Shown here: positions 25,601-37,600 of the stretch, piece after piece | Position numbering within the stretch: the first letter of the stretch is position 1 | Layout of the letters: the number at the start of each line of letters is the position of its first letter | Assembly (NCBI GenBank): GCA_000708835.1 | Contig: DF237141.1 | Location: forward strand, 62,001-126,000 | DNA: 64,000 nucleotides | Direction: 5' to 3' | Origin: Klebsormidium nitens | Lineage: Eukaryota > Plantae > Klebsormidiophyceae | Notes under the pieces: generated by a model | Databases searched by the model: none | Told to the model about the DNA's origin: nothing | What the model saw: the letters and a program-made list of their open reading frames with translations, nothing else | Program-made: the position numbers and the translations under genes

Positions 25601-28600
25601 GGTTAGAGACGGGGTTAGCAACAGGGCTTGAGCTCGACGTGTTGCGGGTTGACAATGGGAACGGGCTTTTCAGGCAGTGAGCCCACGACCATTAGCGCTG
25701 GAACCTGCGGGTTAATAAAAGGGTTTAACGACGGACTTCAGGTTTTAGTGACAGGCTTTAGGCTCGAGGTGTTGCACTGGGGTTGACTCTGAAATTGGGC
25801 TTCTTGGGGCAACCATAAGCGCCGGGACCTGCAGGTTAGTGAAAGGGTTTAGCAACAGGGTTTACTTTCAGTGACAAGGTTTAGGCTCCGGGGGCCTCAT
25901 TGGGGTGTCTACCGGGACGGGCTTCTCGATGATTGAGCCCACGACCATGAGCGCCGGGACCTGCGGGTTAATACAGAAGTCTGCGGGTTTGCACGCCACC
26001 TCATTTGATGCCGTGACGCAAAGGACATGCGAGAAATCTTAGGTAAGGGGAGAGACAGACACCTTGGGAGCAGACGACAAAGAAGGCTGAAAAAATCCTT
26101 GAGAACAATTTTTCTGTACCGCGGGAACAGTCACCTTGCGCTGCTTGCCCGACCTCAATGGGTCCCTTTTGCACCAGGATCGCGAGCAGAACTCTCAGCC
26201 CCTGCTTGAGCTGAAGTCCGTGAGCGCTTTCTTATAAGCGTTAAAGCCCTTACCAAGATCGCTCAGCGTGTCTTGATAACTCCTAAAGAACAACGTAAAA
26301 GGAGCGGACCATCTTACCCTTGCACTGTTGGGAGCAACCTCGATCGGCCCTTTTTCCACCAAGTTCGCCAGCAGTACCTCCAGCCCCTGCTTGAGCCAGA
26401 GAACGTCTGCAAGCGCTTCAAGTTTTTGAGAAACTCTGAAGTGCGAAAAACACACACCCTGGCGCTGTTTGGCGCGACCTCGATCGGCCCCTTCTCCACC
26501 AGAATAGCGAGCAGTATGTCCAGCCCCTGTTTGAGCCCGCATTGCGTCCGCTAAGGCTTTTCAGAGACCCTTTAAACTTCTGAAAGACAAACACTTGAGA
26601 CTCCAAAGTGCAACCGTACTCACCCTTGCGCTGTTTGGCGCAACCTCAATAAGCCCCTTCTCCACCAGGATTGCAAGCAGAATGTCCAGCCCCTGCTTGG
26701 GCCAGAAGAAGTCTGCGGGCAATTCAAATTTCTGAGGAAGACCCTCGAACCTCTGAACTGCAACGACACTCACCCTTGCACTGTTTGGCGCGACCTCGAT
26801 CGGCCCCTTCTCCACCAGAATCGCCAGCAGAATGTCCAGCCCCTTGAGCCAGAAGACGTCCGCGAGCGTTTTCTTATATCCATGAAGGCCCTTTACAAGA
26901 GCGCTCAACATATTTTTGAAACTCCTAAAGAACAATTTGAGAGAATGGGACCATCTTACCCTTGCACTGTTGGGAGCGACCTCGATTGGCCCTTTCTCCA
27001 CCAGGATCGCCAGCAGAATGTCCAGCCCCTGCTTGAGCCAGAAGACGTCCGCGAGCGCCTCCCAGTCTTGCTCGCTGATGATGTAGCACAGGCGCGCGAA
27101 CAGCGTCTTGCCGATCGCCTCGTTGTACAGCGCAAAGAACTGCTGACGTAGGCCCGGCTCCGAGCAGCGCAGGCCGAGCATGAACGTGCGCTCCACCTTC
27201 TGGAAAACCTCCTGCGACTCGGTGGAAGAGGTGACGTCAGCCCTTGAGCCGTGACGTCAGCACGTGCGGATTACGGTTGGCAGCGAACTTCCGCCAGAGG
27301 CCCGGCTGCGAACAGCGCAGGCCGAGCGCGAACATGCGCTCCACCTACTGGAAGACTTCCTGCAAGGTCTAGTGAGTCAGGTGACGTCAGCATGTGAGGT
27401 CAGGGGACAAGAAGCACAAGTCAGCAAGTGCCCCAAAGGCGACGCCAAGAACCAAGCAAAAAGGACCCAAGAAAACCGTTAAGGAAGCATGGGCGTGATC
27501 TCCAACTTCCAGACCAGCTGCAGGGACAAAGCGAAAGGATCATACGAAAGCACGTGATAACAAGGTGACGTCAGCAAGCCACAAAAAACACGAGTACGAA
27601 TCAAGCACTCAAAAGCACGGGCCTTCGATCCTGCTTTTCGCGAACGACCTGCCAGTAAATGGAGGAAGGTGACATAAGCATGCCCAAACATGACGCCAGC
27701 GTGACAACAAGATTTACCGAGGATTGGATGAGAAGATCATCTGGCATTCTTCGCAGCCTTGGCGCATGGCAAACCCTGGTGTTCAGATTCCTTCTCGATT
27801 CACGGCTTGAACCAATAGAACACAGATTAAGAGGATCGCTAGAAAATCCATGATTCACCAGAAATGTCACACGTAGCAGAGAGCAGATGAAAGTTGTAAC
27901 GGACCTGGCGTAGACCCGGTGAGTGATGCGTCACGTCCGCGCACAACCGGTGCAGAAGCTTCAGCAACTTCCCGTCCCACTCTCCCGCCAGTTCCTTCCC
28001 AAAGTTCGCTTTATCCACTTGCGCCAACTTCGTCATCAGCATGAGCACGTCCGGCTGCTTCAGGTTCCCGGACGCTTTGCTGTCCGGCTTCTCAACCCAC
28101 TCCTTAACCACGTCCAAAACCTCCATTCGGACGCTGGGATCCACCGCCGGTTCCGCGAGGATCGTGGGCAGCATTTGCAGGAACACGATTCGCTGCTGAG
28201 GGATCCCCAAAACCCGTAAAGACGCTAACCTCAGCGCGAGTTTCAGGTTACCCCAGGGGGGCAATTCCCCGGCGGTTTTTGCGGCCTGCACCAGGTTATA
28301 CTGGAGCACCGCCTGCGGGTCTTGGGGGTGGCTTGTTTTCGGGTTAGGCAAACCCGCGCCGTCGATCATGAGCTTCAGGAAGCGCTGCCCGATGCGAACT
28401 AGGGCGGGGACGAACTTGTCCACGAACGACTTTTGCAGGGGGGAGAGGACCTTCAGGATTTGCAGCGAGACGGTGAGCCCCGTGTGCAGGGTTTTCAGCT
28501 CGACGGCCGGGTTAGTGGGCTGGTTAGACGCGTTGGTTAGCTGCTTGATCAGCATGTCTTCCACTTTGGTGTGGATGGACTTCACTTCGGGGGGGAGGCT

Positions 28601-31600
28601 GAGCGTGTCCGTCGGATAGGCTTGGTAGACCATTTCCAGAACGGAGCACAGCTTAGCGGTCAGCTCGGAGTTGCGGATCGCGAAACACGGGTCCAGCACC
28701 TTGAAAAAAGGGGAGACCCAAAGATCAGCACTTGAAGAACTCAACTAGCAGATGTTTTGTTAGGGTAGTGACGAACGAGCACCTTGAGTGGAGGGGAGCA
28801 AACTCAAACTTCGGAGGTTTAAGTCTTCCGAAAGACACCGATGGTGAAATGATAAACAGGGGGCACGCACCAGGAAGTATGTAACAGGAAAAGAAAGTGC
28901 TAGCCGTTGATCTTATTAAGCAAGTGATAGAGCCTCAGGCGAACGGATGAAGAAAGAGAGCTCAGATTGTGACCGTAACCCTTCTCCTCTTGCCGTGGCG
29001 TCTACATGTTGCTCGATAATATGCTCCAAGGAACCGACAAGCTGAGACCCTGACACTTTACACAAAGGACCCATCCTTTATAACTCAGGCAGAATCTGCT
29101 GGAACAGACTTAGACCAAGCCTCGACCCCTAATAGGATGCACACCTATGTAGTGTGCATCCTTCTGAGATACACAATCCTTGTAACCATCAAGCAGGTCA
29201 TCTGAGCCGACATCTTAATCTAGCAACTATTGATATTGCCGGACTCGGGCAACTGGCACGCCTGCTCAGCACATCCAAGCTGGTGCATAGTTCAATCTGG
29301 TCGTTTTGGCAAATCCCAAACCCATATTTTAACCTGATCAGTCTTACTCTATCTGGGGTCTTCAGCCCTAAGCCTCATGTTACCTGGTGTATATGCATGT
29401 TGTCAGACTTGAGGAATTGGCGCACCTGCTTAGCAAGCACGACTTTGAGCACATCCAAGCCGGTGCTTATAATTACCCTGCCTAACCCAATCAAAACCCT
29501 TATGTGACTGGTTTCGATTGCTGCAACCGGTTACTCCTCCTAACGTCAAGTTCTAACCCACCTGTGTATCTGCATGTTGCCCAGTTTGGCGCGCCTGCTT
29601 GGCAAGAGCACGTCCAAGCCAGTAGTTAGAGTCCACTTGGAGACGAAAGGTAAAACCTCAGCCTTGCCATAACGTTTCCGCACGTTGCAGAACACCGTGA
29701 CTCGAATGGTTTCTTACCTGGTGGATCTGCATGTTGCCAGACTTGAGGAACTGGCGCGCCTGTTTAGCGAGAACGACTTTGAGCACGTCCAGGCCGGTGT
29801 TGAGCGCGGGCGGGACCTCCAGGCCGCGGTTGTTGGGTGCGGACAGCAGCTTCTCCATGTAGTGGAACTTGACGGTTGCGGTTGGCCACAGGTCCAGGCA
29901 CTGCAACAAGAACCGGATAGACAGATCTGGCATCCGCAGTGTTTATTGTTGGCATATTTACGAGCAAGGGTTTCTACTTGTTCGCCCTCTGCCTAGAGAA
30001 TACAGCGGTAAATGATTCGGCCTTAGCGCATGGTGGTCAGAAGGTCAGAGCTGAAAGCCTGACGACGCCGGTCAGCTTGTAAGCTCACGGTAGCAATCCC
30101 TTCGCGACTGTTCCGAACTCCTATTCTTGTCGGTTCGGCACTGTAAGATAAGAGAAGAGAGCGGGCTCGGATCCTGGTGAAGGGGAATATCCACCCCAGG
30201 TCGGAGAGACTCCAATTCTGCACGAATAAGCCGGAGACTCTTTGTCCCTCAACGTGTACCTGACTTGGACAATAGTGGTTGGCCACAGATCTAGGCACTG
30301 CATCAGAAGGTGCAAATGTTTCCTTCATAACTGATAACCGACTTGAATCATTCGCAAGACGGACACAAGATTTCAGAGACCCGCGACGTGCTGTGGACGG
30401 GGATGGCAAAGCGCGGGTGGTAAAGGAATCGAGCCAAGGCTCGTTTCCGCAAGAGCTGACGTCTTAAGATTTGCATCCTTTCGGCGGGCACCAAGGTGAC
30501 CAACGCTTGTGCCGCCTGCATTCAGATGCAGCTTGCAGCCATCTTGAGAAAGAAGCTTAAAGTCTGTCGACTGTAACATATAAATGAAGCCACCACTTCC
30601 CAATTCTGATCCCGAAACATGGTTGAGAATGAGTGGCCAGCGACAGTATGCGGACGAAGCAGGCTGGCACAGACTCTTAACCAATCAAGGGCTCCTCACC
30701 TGTCCCAACAGGTCCAACGAAGGCGTGTACATGACCTTGTGCTCCTTGTCCTTCGACGGCTCCGTCAAGAAGCAAACCCGCGTCAAGAAGCTGATGATCA
30801 TCTCCTCCATCGCCGGACTCGGCCGGAACTCTTCCTCCGGCGGCCCGGTCGGGGTTCCCGCGTTTGCGCCGGGCGTCGGAGGGATCCCCCCGTCAACCGG
30901 TGTCGCGATCGGCGCCCCGCCCTCGCCCTTGAGCCGCTTGACACCATCCTTTTCGTCGTCGTCGAAGCCCGCGCCGGACGACGTCCGCTTGCTGCCGCTC
31001 CCCGGGTGGTCCACGTCCATGTCGAGGACCCCTTCCGGGTTCTGCGCGCCGCCCGGGATTTGCGGCGGGGGAGGCGGCGGGTTCTCCGCCTCCTCCATGC
31101 GGCGCTTCTCCCACTGGACCACCAGCCCCGCGAGGTCGATCGCGAGTTTGCGGCTCTCGGGGGGCGTGTTTTGGGGTAACCCTAACCGACTGAGGCTGTT
31201 AACCATCTGAGGGACGAACTGGGCTCTGCTCGGGTAGAACAAACTAGAGTGGCGAACTAGGAGCTGGAAGATGTGCGTCAGGTGCGCCATGGAGTGGCCC
31301 TCTTCTACCAGGACCTTTTTGGTGTACCGGATCCATATGGGCACCTTGGAGTCGCCCACTTTGAGGGGGAGCCGGACGGGGAGCGACGGGAGGAGCGTGT
31401 CAAGCGCCTGCTTGACGAGCTGGCGGGATTCGGGTTGGCACGTACGAAGCAGGGCGACGAAGACCTGAGAGGCGAAAGAGAGGGAGTTCAGGTTCTGAGT
31501 GTGCCAATAAGAAGGAAAGTCGACTAAAGCAGGAGACATTCGATCCGAAGCCAATCAAAATTTGAGCTAGTCCTTCTCAAGAGTGCCTCCGACCATGAAA

Positions 31601-34600
31601 GGGGTACCTCAGACCGATGCACCTGACCAAGTTTACTCTTTTAGATCGCTTTCGGCCATTCGTTAAAACCGAAACAACCCTTGCTGGCGTCGTTAGACGA
31701 CGGAATCTGGAGACCAAAAAGTCCAAGCCTTGGGACCCTGACAGCACAAGCGAACCTTCTTTCTTGCTTGACCACAATGGCAAACCTGTATACGTCAGGA
31801 CACCGGGTACATGCCCGGAAGCTATACTTCTCTGGCGCTTGGTAAGATTCCGTCTGCTAGCTTTCACAACAAAAGCTCTCCAAAACTCTCTTGCTCCAAA
31901 CCTCGGACCCTGAACGTCGCGTCTCCGCAACACGGAAGCCAATTAGGACCCCTGTGCCCGGTTGATGATCTTCGGAGGCGCCTGACAGGCCCGGAAGGAA
32001 CCAAAGGGTGATCGAGGCCCGCTGGTCGGAGGTGCTGCCTTCCTCGCTGACGAGATAGAGCGGCTCACAAGCTTCGAAATCCAAGAAATCTAGACAAACC
32101 CTAGAATCTTAGATCAAAAGAACCCGTAGGTTACAAAACTTGCCTGGAGGATGATCTTCTCGGGCGCTTGGTAGGCTTGCAGGAAGTGGCAGACGTTGAC
32201 GAAGGCCCACTGCTTGGACGAGCTGGAGTCCTCGCGCTTGAGGTGATGCCAGCCGTGCTTGATGAGCTCCTTGCGGTGCGGGTTGAGCTCGCGCGGCATG
32301 TGGCTGATCAGCGCCGTCGCCAATTGCAACAGCTCGATGCGCAGCGGCTCCTCGAACGTCTCGCTGATCTGCAAAGACAATGTCATATTGGTTTGAACCC
32401 CTTTCTGATATACGCAAATTAAGCGATCCTATGTGTTGTTTAGAAGTGAGACACCAAGAGCTTTCCTTTTCCGAGCGGTCTGCTCGCGTGATCAACTCTC
32501 TGGTGTCTTGCCTACAGCAGCTCGATGCGCAGCTTCTTCTCGAAAGTCGCGCTGATTTGTTGAGAAAAAGGGCTTGGAAATGCATTTTCACCTCCTCCAG
32601 TTTTTGCGGGACAAATCTAAAGGAAGGAAAGTTGTTGGACGACGAGTTCCTTGATCCTCCGCAGCTGTTATCTCGGTAATCTAGTTAACTTTTTGAGTTT
32701 TTGCTTGAATTAGGAAGCTAAGGAAAAATACTGTGCGCTCAGAATGTTCCTTTCGTGGCGGTCTGTCCAGTTTCTTCCTTCTGAGCCCCCTCGTTCTTTC
32801 TCATATTGGGATCTGTCATAGAAACAATTAGCTCCTGAATGCAGCGCTATACTGGATTTACTAGTTCTTTTTCCTTTTTCTTCTTCGTTTCTACTCTCTG
32901 CTTGACATTTTGCGTTGGGGGTCATGTGTAGGGGGCCATCCCGTCCCCCTCCTGAATAGAATGGAATAGAACGGAACGGAATGAACCCACAAAAATGCAC
33001 GACAAACTTTGTCCAATCAGGACCCTCACCTCCGCAGGCGGGTCCAGCAGGTGCTCCACAATGATCCCGATCGTCGCCTCCTCGATGACGTCATTCGCCT
33101 CGCCGTGCGTGAACGCGTACGTCAGCATGGGCAGGATCAGCAGCTGCATCGCGACCACCAGCAGCTCCTGGCTCAGCGCCTTCTGCCGGAACAGGTCCAG
33201 AAAGCGGAGCAGAACCGCCTTCTTTTCCGGGGGGGTGTACTGCTCCGGAACCTCGATCATGAAGAAGGCCTTGAGGAAGGTGTAGTCGATGCGCGTCGGC
33301 GTGAGGAAGATTGACAGCATGTCGAACAGGACGTTCACTTCGGACCGCTCGTGGCGCACAAAGTTGAGGAAGCACTTGATCAGCCGCTTGCTCTCCTTGG
33401 CCTGGAGAAGGCAGAAGAAGGGGTTTCGGTGTCGTTATAGACGATGTCACCTCTCTGTATCATTCCTGCCCCGCTTTCACAAGCTGATTAGGGGGCAAAG
33501 CATACCAAACGGGGTGTGCATGAGTCCGGAATATTCAGTCCGACACATGTCTGCAGAACTTAGTCGGAAGTTTGAAATGCACTTGACCAGACGGTCACTC
33601 TTTTTGTTCTGCACACTTGACAAACAGCAGCTATTATCGGACACAAACTGTCCAATTTTTGTCATCCTGCAAACCTACCAAAGGTAAGTTCGAATCAAGC
33701 CAGAGGTCAAGTTGCTTTCCACAAGAGCGGGAACGCCCGTGACTTTCGTCCAGCGCAGAAGTATCTGTCTATACACTTCGCGATTGCTTCGCGATCAGCC
33801 TTACTTGCGGCACGTTCAGCTTCTCCTCCTGCCGGATCCGCCCCGCGCGCTGCGGCGACCGCCACAGCTGTACGAGCGCGTCGAACATCGGCCGGTTCTC
33901 GTGGAGCCAGTTCGGCAGCAGCTTAACTAGAGCGGACACTAAAGCCACCCCCTGAAACTGTACCTCTCCGGGCGCCCCCAAATACTGCTGTGGAACCACG
34001 ATCGCCACCGACGGCGTTCCGGGAGTTGCGGGGGGAGTGCCCGGGGTCGGGTTAGGGTTTTGGGTTTGCCCAGGGTTGACGTGCTGGTTTTGGGTTAGCA
34101 TCTGGGTATTGGGCGGTTGGTGGGGGTTTAGGGGAGGTGCCGCCGGCGCGGCCGGGTTTTGGGGGTCCGGCGGGGGAGAGGCGGGCATTTGGAGGTTGGG
34201 GAAAGCTTTGGCGATGATCTTCTCGGGGCTCTTGGCGAGCTCGTTGCGCAGGGGCTCGCCCGCCTCGGACCGGATGATGTCCAGTAACCTGCAGTGGGTT
34301 TGCAATGAGTGTCAAGTCGATAAGCTTCTGAATTGAACACGATGGCGGATTTGGTTGCAAGCGAATGATGTCAAGTACCTGGCAGACCATGTAGAAAGGG
34401 TTTTGGATTCTAGTCTACGGAAGTGATGCCCGCCTGCGGATGTCGTGATTTAAGGATATGTCGTGCCTTAAAGATTCAACGTCTTTGTTGAGTGAGTGAA
34501 GCAAGGCAAGATCGTGGAAGCTATTACACTGCTTCGTTGGTTCTGTGGATCCCTTGAGGCTCCACAGACTGGCAATCTTCTGTCACTGGATCGAGAGCGA

Positions 34601-37600
34601 GGTCTTTCTTGTGGAACTCCATAATCGCAGCTCACGTTCGACCTGGATATGCTCTTGCTGAACGACAGACTTGCAGCCGAAGTCTTCCGTACCCATGCGG
34701 TTCTCGTGGAGCTTTCCCCTGTCCAGAGCTCCTATACGTACGAGGTTGAATGACTTTGTCACCCGCCATGAACATGTCCTCACCTTGTGAAGAAGGCCGG
34801 TTGGTTCAGCCGCTGCAGGAAGTAGTCGACTGCGTCCGTCGAGTAGCGGTTAAGGAACTTGGTTAACGGGAGGCGGTAGGGGCTGTTGAGCTCGCTGTAG
34901 ACCCCCGTGGGCGGCAGCGCCTTCTCTAACTGGATGGTTAAGCAAACCATGGGGTCCAGGAACTTGGCGGCGGCCGGCGGGAGCAGGTGGAATAGCTCGA
35001 GCACGGCTGCGGACAGAAACGGACAGGATGTAGGTTTGCAGCTTTTGGTGCGGACAGGGAACGGACGGATTTGCGTTGCAGCTTTTGATGCGGACAGGGT
35101 ACGGACGAAGTGTGCATTTGCACATATCGTTGCGGAGAGGGAACGGAGGGAAGCTGCCTTGGCAATGTCTGATGCGGACAGGAACGGACGGAGTTTGTTG
35201 CAGCTCTTGGTGCGAACAAGAACAGTCGGAATTTTGGCTTGCAGCTTTTGGGCGGCCAAACGGGTATTGAAATTGAAAAAGGCAAAGAAACTGAGGCGCA
35301 CCCGAAGCGTTCTAGAGGGCGGATTCGATCAAGGAAGCTGTCAAAAAGTGAATGGTCCAACGGACAATCCCTTGGTGCTTCCCATGAAAATTGGCTTCCA
35401 AGGTATCTGACAGAGAAAAGTGGACTGACAGGCAATAAATCGGGCACCCGCAAGCAGAACCACAGACAGGAAGCTAGCTCCGAGCAAAAAAAAGGAACAT
35501 TCCAGTCAGGGAGAAAGCTTTGACAAGACAACCAGTTATTCGTCTGTTCTTCGGCTTTAACACAAACTCAAGATCGGGCGAACAACAGAAGCAAGAAATC
35601 GAGTCATATGGAAAAACGGGCATGGACATTATTGACACAAGAAGCAAAAAGCCCTCACCGGCGGCAATCTTGGGCTCGTCCCCGTTCTTCCACCCCTTCC
35701 CCGTTGTCGCGATCAGCTTATCCAGCTCCAGCCACTTCTTCAGATGCTCCATCAGCTTCTCCCCGAGTGTCACGTTGAACCAGTTCGCTAGCAGCTCCAG
35801 CAACCGGGCCAGGCCTTGGAGCAGGGGCATGTTCAGGTTCTTGTAATGCGCCAAGTTGACCAGAATTGGTCGCAGGCTGGTTTGGAGGAGCTCTTTCGGC
35901 ATCTTCTGGTCGCGGATAACCTGGCAAGGTCAAGGGTGAAGGTTAGAATCCCGATGTCCCAGGCTCTAGTGGACAGTCGGTATGTAACAGTGCGCCAGGT
36001 TAACCAGTATCGGTCGTAACTGAAGGAGTTTGGAGGAGTTACTTCGGCACCTTCTGGGCTCAATAACTTGGCGGGATACGTAATAACTTTCCAAATGTTG
36101 AGATGTGGCCATACTTTCGACTTTCAAGTTTATTGTTCGCTGCTCATAATGCGCCAGATTAATCGAAACAGGGTTCGTTGCTCAAAGCTCGTAGACTTAC
36201 ATATTTACCTCTGCATAAGCATAGACTTCCAACATGTGTACCTGTCGGAGACCCTCCTTGGCAACTACGAACGAGTGTTCGGCGAGTGAGCCGCTGGCAA
36301 AACCTTCACCAATCTTCACTCAGTATCACCTACAAGTCTTCTTATTAGAACAACAAGATAAGTCCAGCTTCTGCCAGTTCTCACCTGTCGCAGCCCCTCC
36401 TTGGCGACGGCGACGATGTCCTGGTTCTGGCAGGTGAGCCGCTTGAAGAACATGCCGATGATACGCGTGCGCAGCTCCGTGTGCTGCGCGTGCTTCAGGT
36501 CCGCCCACGCCATCGCGGTGCACAGCAGCTCGATGCACGCCGTGCGCAGCTTCGTCAGCGTCGCCGTCGTCTTGGGATTCAAGTACTTCCCGTGCATCGC
36601 CTAAAAGAAAGTCAAGTGAATTTGGGCTTCTTTCCTTTCATCGATCGTACAAGTGAGATCTCCCGTGCATCGCCTGCATCAAATGAGAGCTCAGATCAAG
36701 AATGCACGTCAAGAAGCATATTAACCAAAGCTGCACAGCTGCCCCTGCTCCGCTCTCAGCCGCTCCTCTTCCTCGACACGCCTGAGCGTCGCTGCTCTAC
36801 TCGCTGCTCCCCTAGGCCAGACCCTCCTACCCGACGGTTTGCGCTCAACCTCGTCCGAGCACACGCAAACAGAGGACGGACTAAGAATCCTCAGAAGCTT
36901 CATTATCTTCCTCTCGTTCTCACCCGCTCGTCCGTCTCGACGTTCCTAAATACCCTGTCCAACATCAGTTCTCCCCATGTAACCCTTCTCTTGGACGGCT
37001 TTCGGCTTACTTACATTCACCAACATGAGGAAAAAGTGGTGTAGTCTTGCCCCGTTCTCACCTGCTCGTCCGTCTCGGCAATACCCAGCGCCTCCTGCAG
37101 GATCATGAGCAGCTCCGGCGTGACCTTCAGCAGCGGCGGCCGCAGCGCGAGGCAGAAGTTGAGCGCCATTACTGTGCCCACCTGGCAGACACGTCGGGTG
37201 ACGTCAGCAAGTCCTTAAAAGACGCAGGCAAGGTGGACACTTGACCTCGATTAGACTGGCATGACGTCCCAAATAATCGCATGTCGCGTCCACATATTGT
37301 AAGAGATCCACGTAGCTTGACGTGATGGGGCGCCTCCTTGCCTCATAAACGGCAAACCGATGCAGACTGCCGAAGGGATTGAGCTCCATAATAAAGGAGA
37401 AGTACCAGCGATTCGTGAATCAAGCATCAGGAGTCAGCATATAAGCTTGTAACCCGTATTTAAAACATCGCAGGCGTAGGAGAGAAAATCAAACAAGTGT
37501 TGGTTCTTCCCGTCGTTCCTAGATTGCTCATTCTGAAGCCAAGTGCCTTCCTTGCAACCAGCTGGAGGAACGTAAAAAGACGAACGAGTAAAAGAGTACA

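Noticed and set aside
26130-26870. Regularly spaced repeats as a CRISPR array or transposon
   Set aside because: The repeats are copies of TRRAP exon sequence in a eukaryotic intron, with no cas genes and no constant repeat/unique spacer structure.
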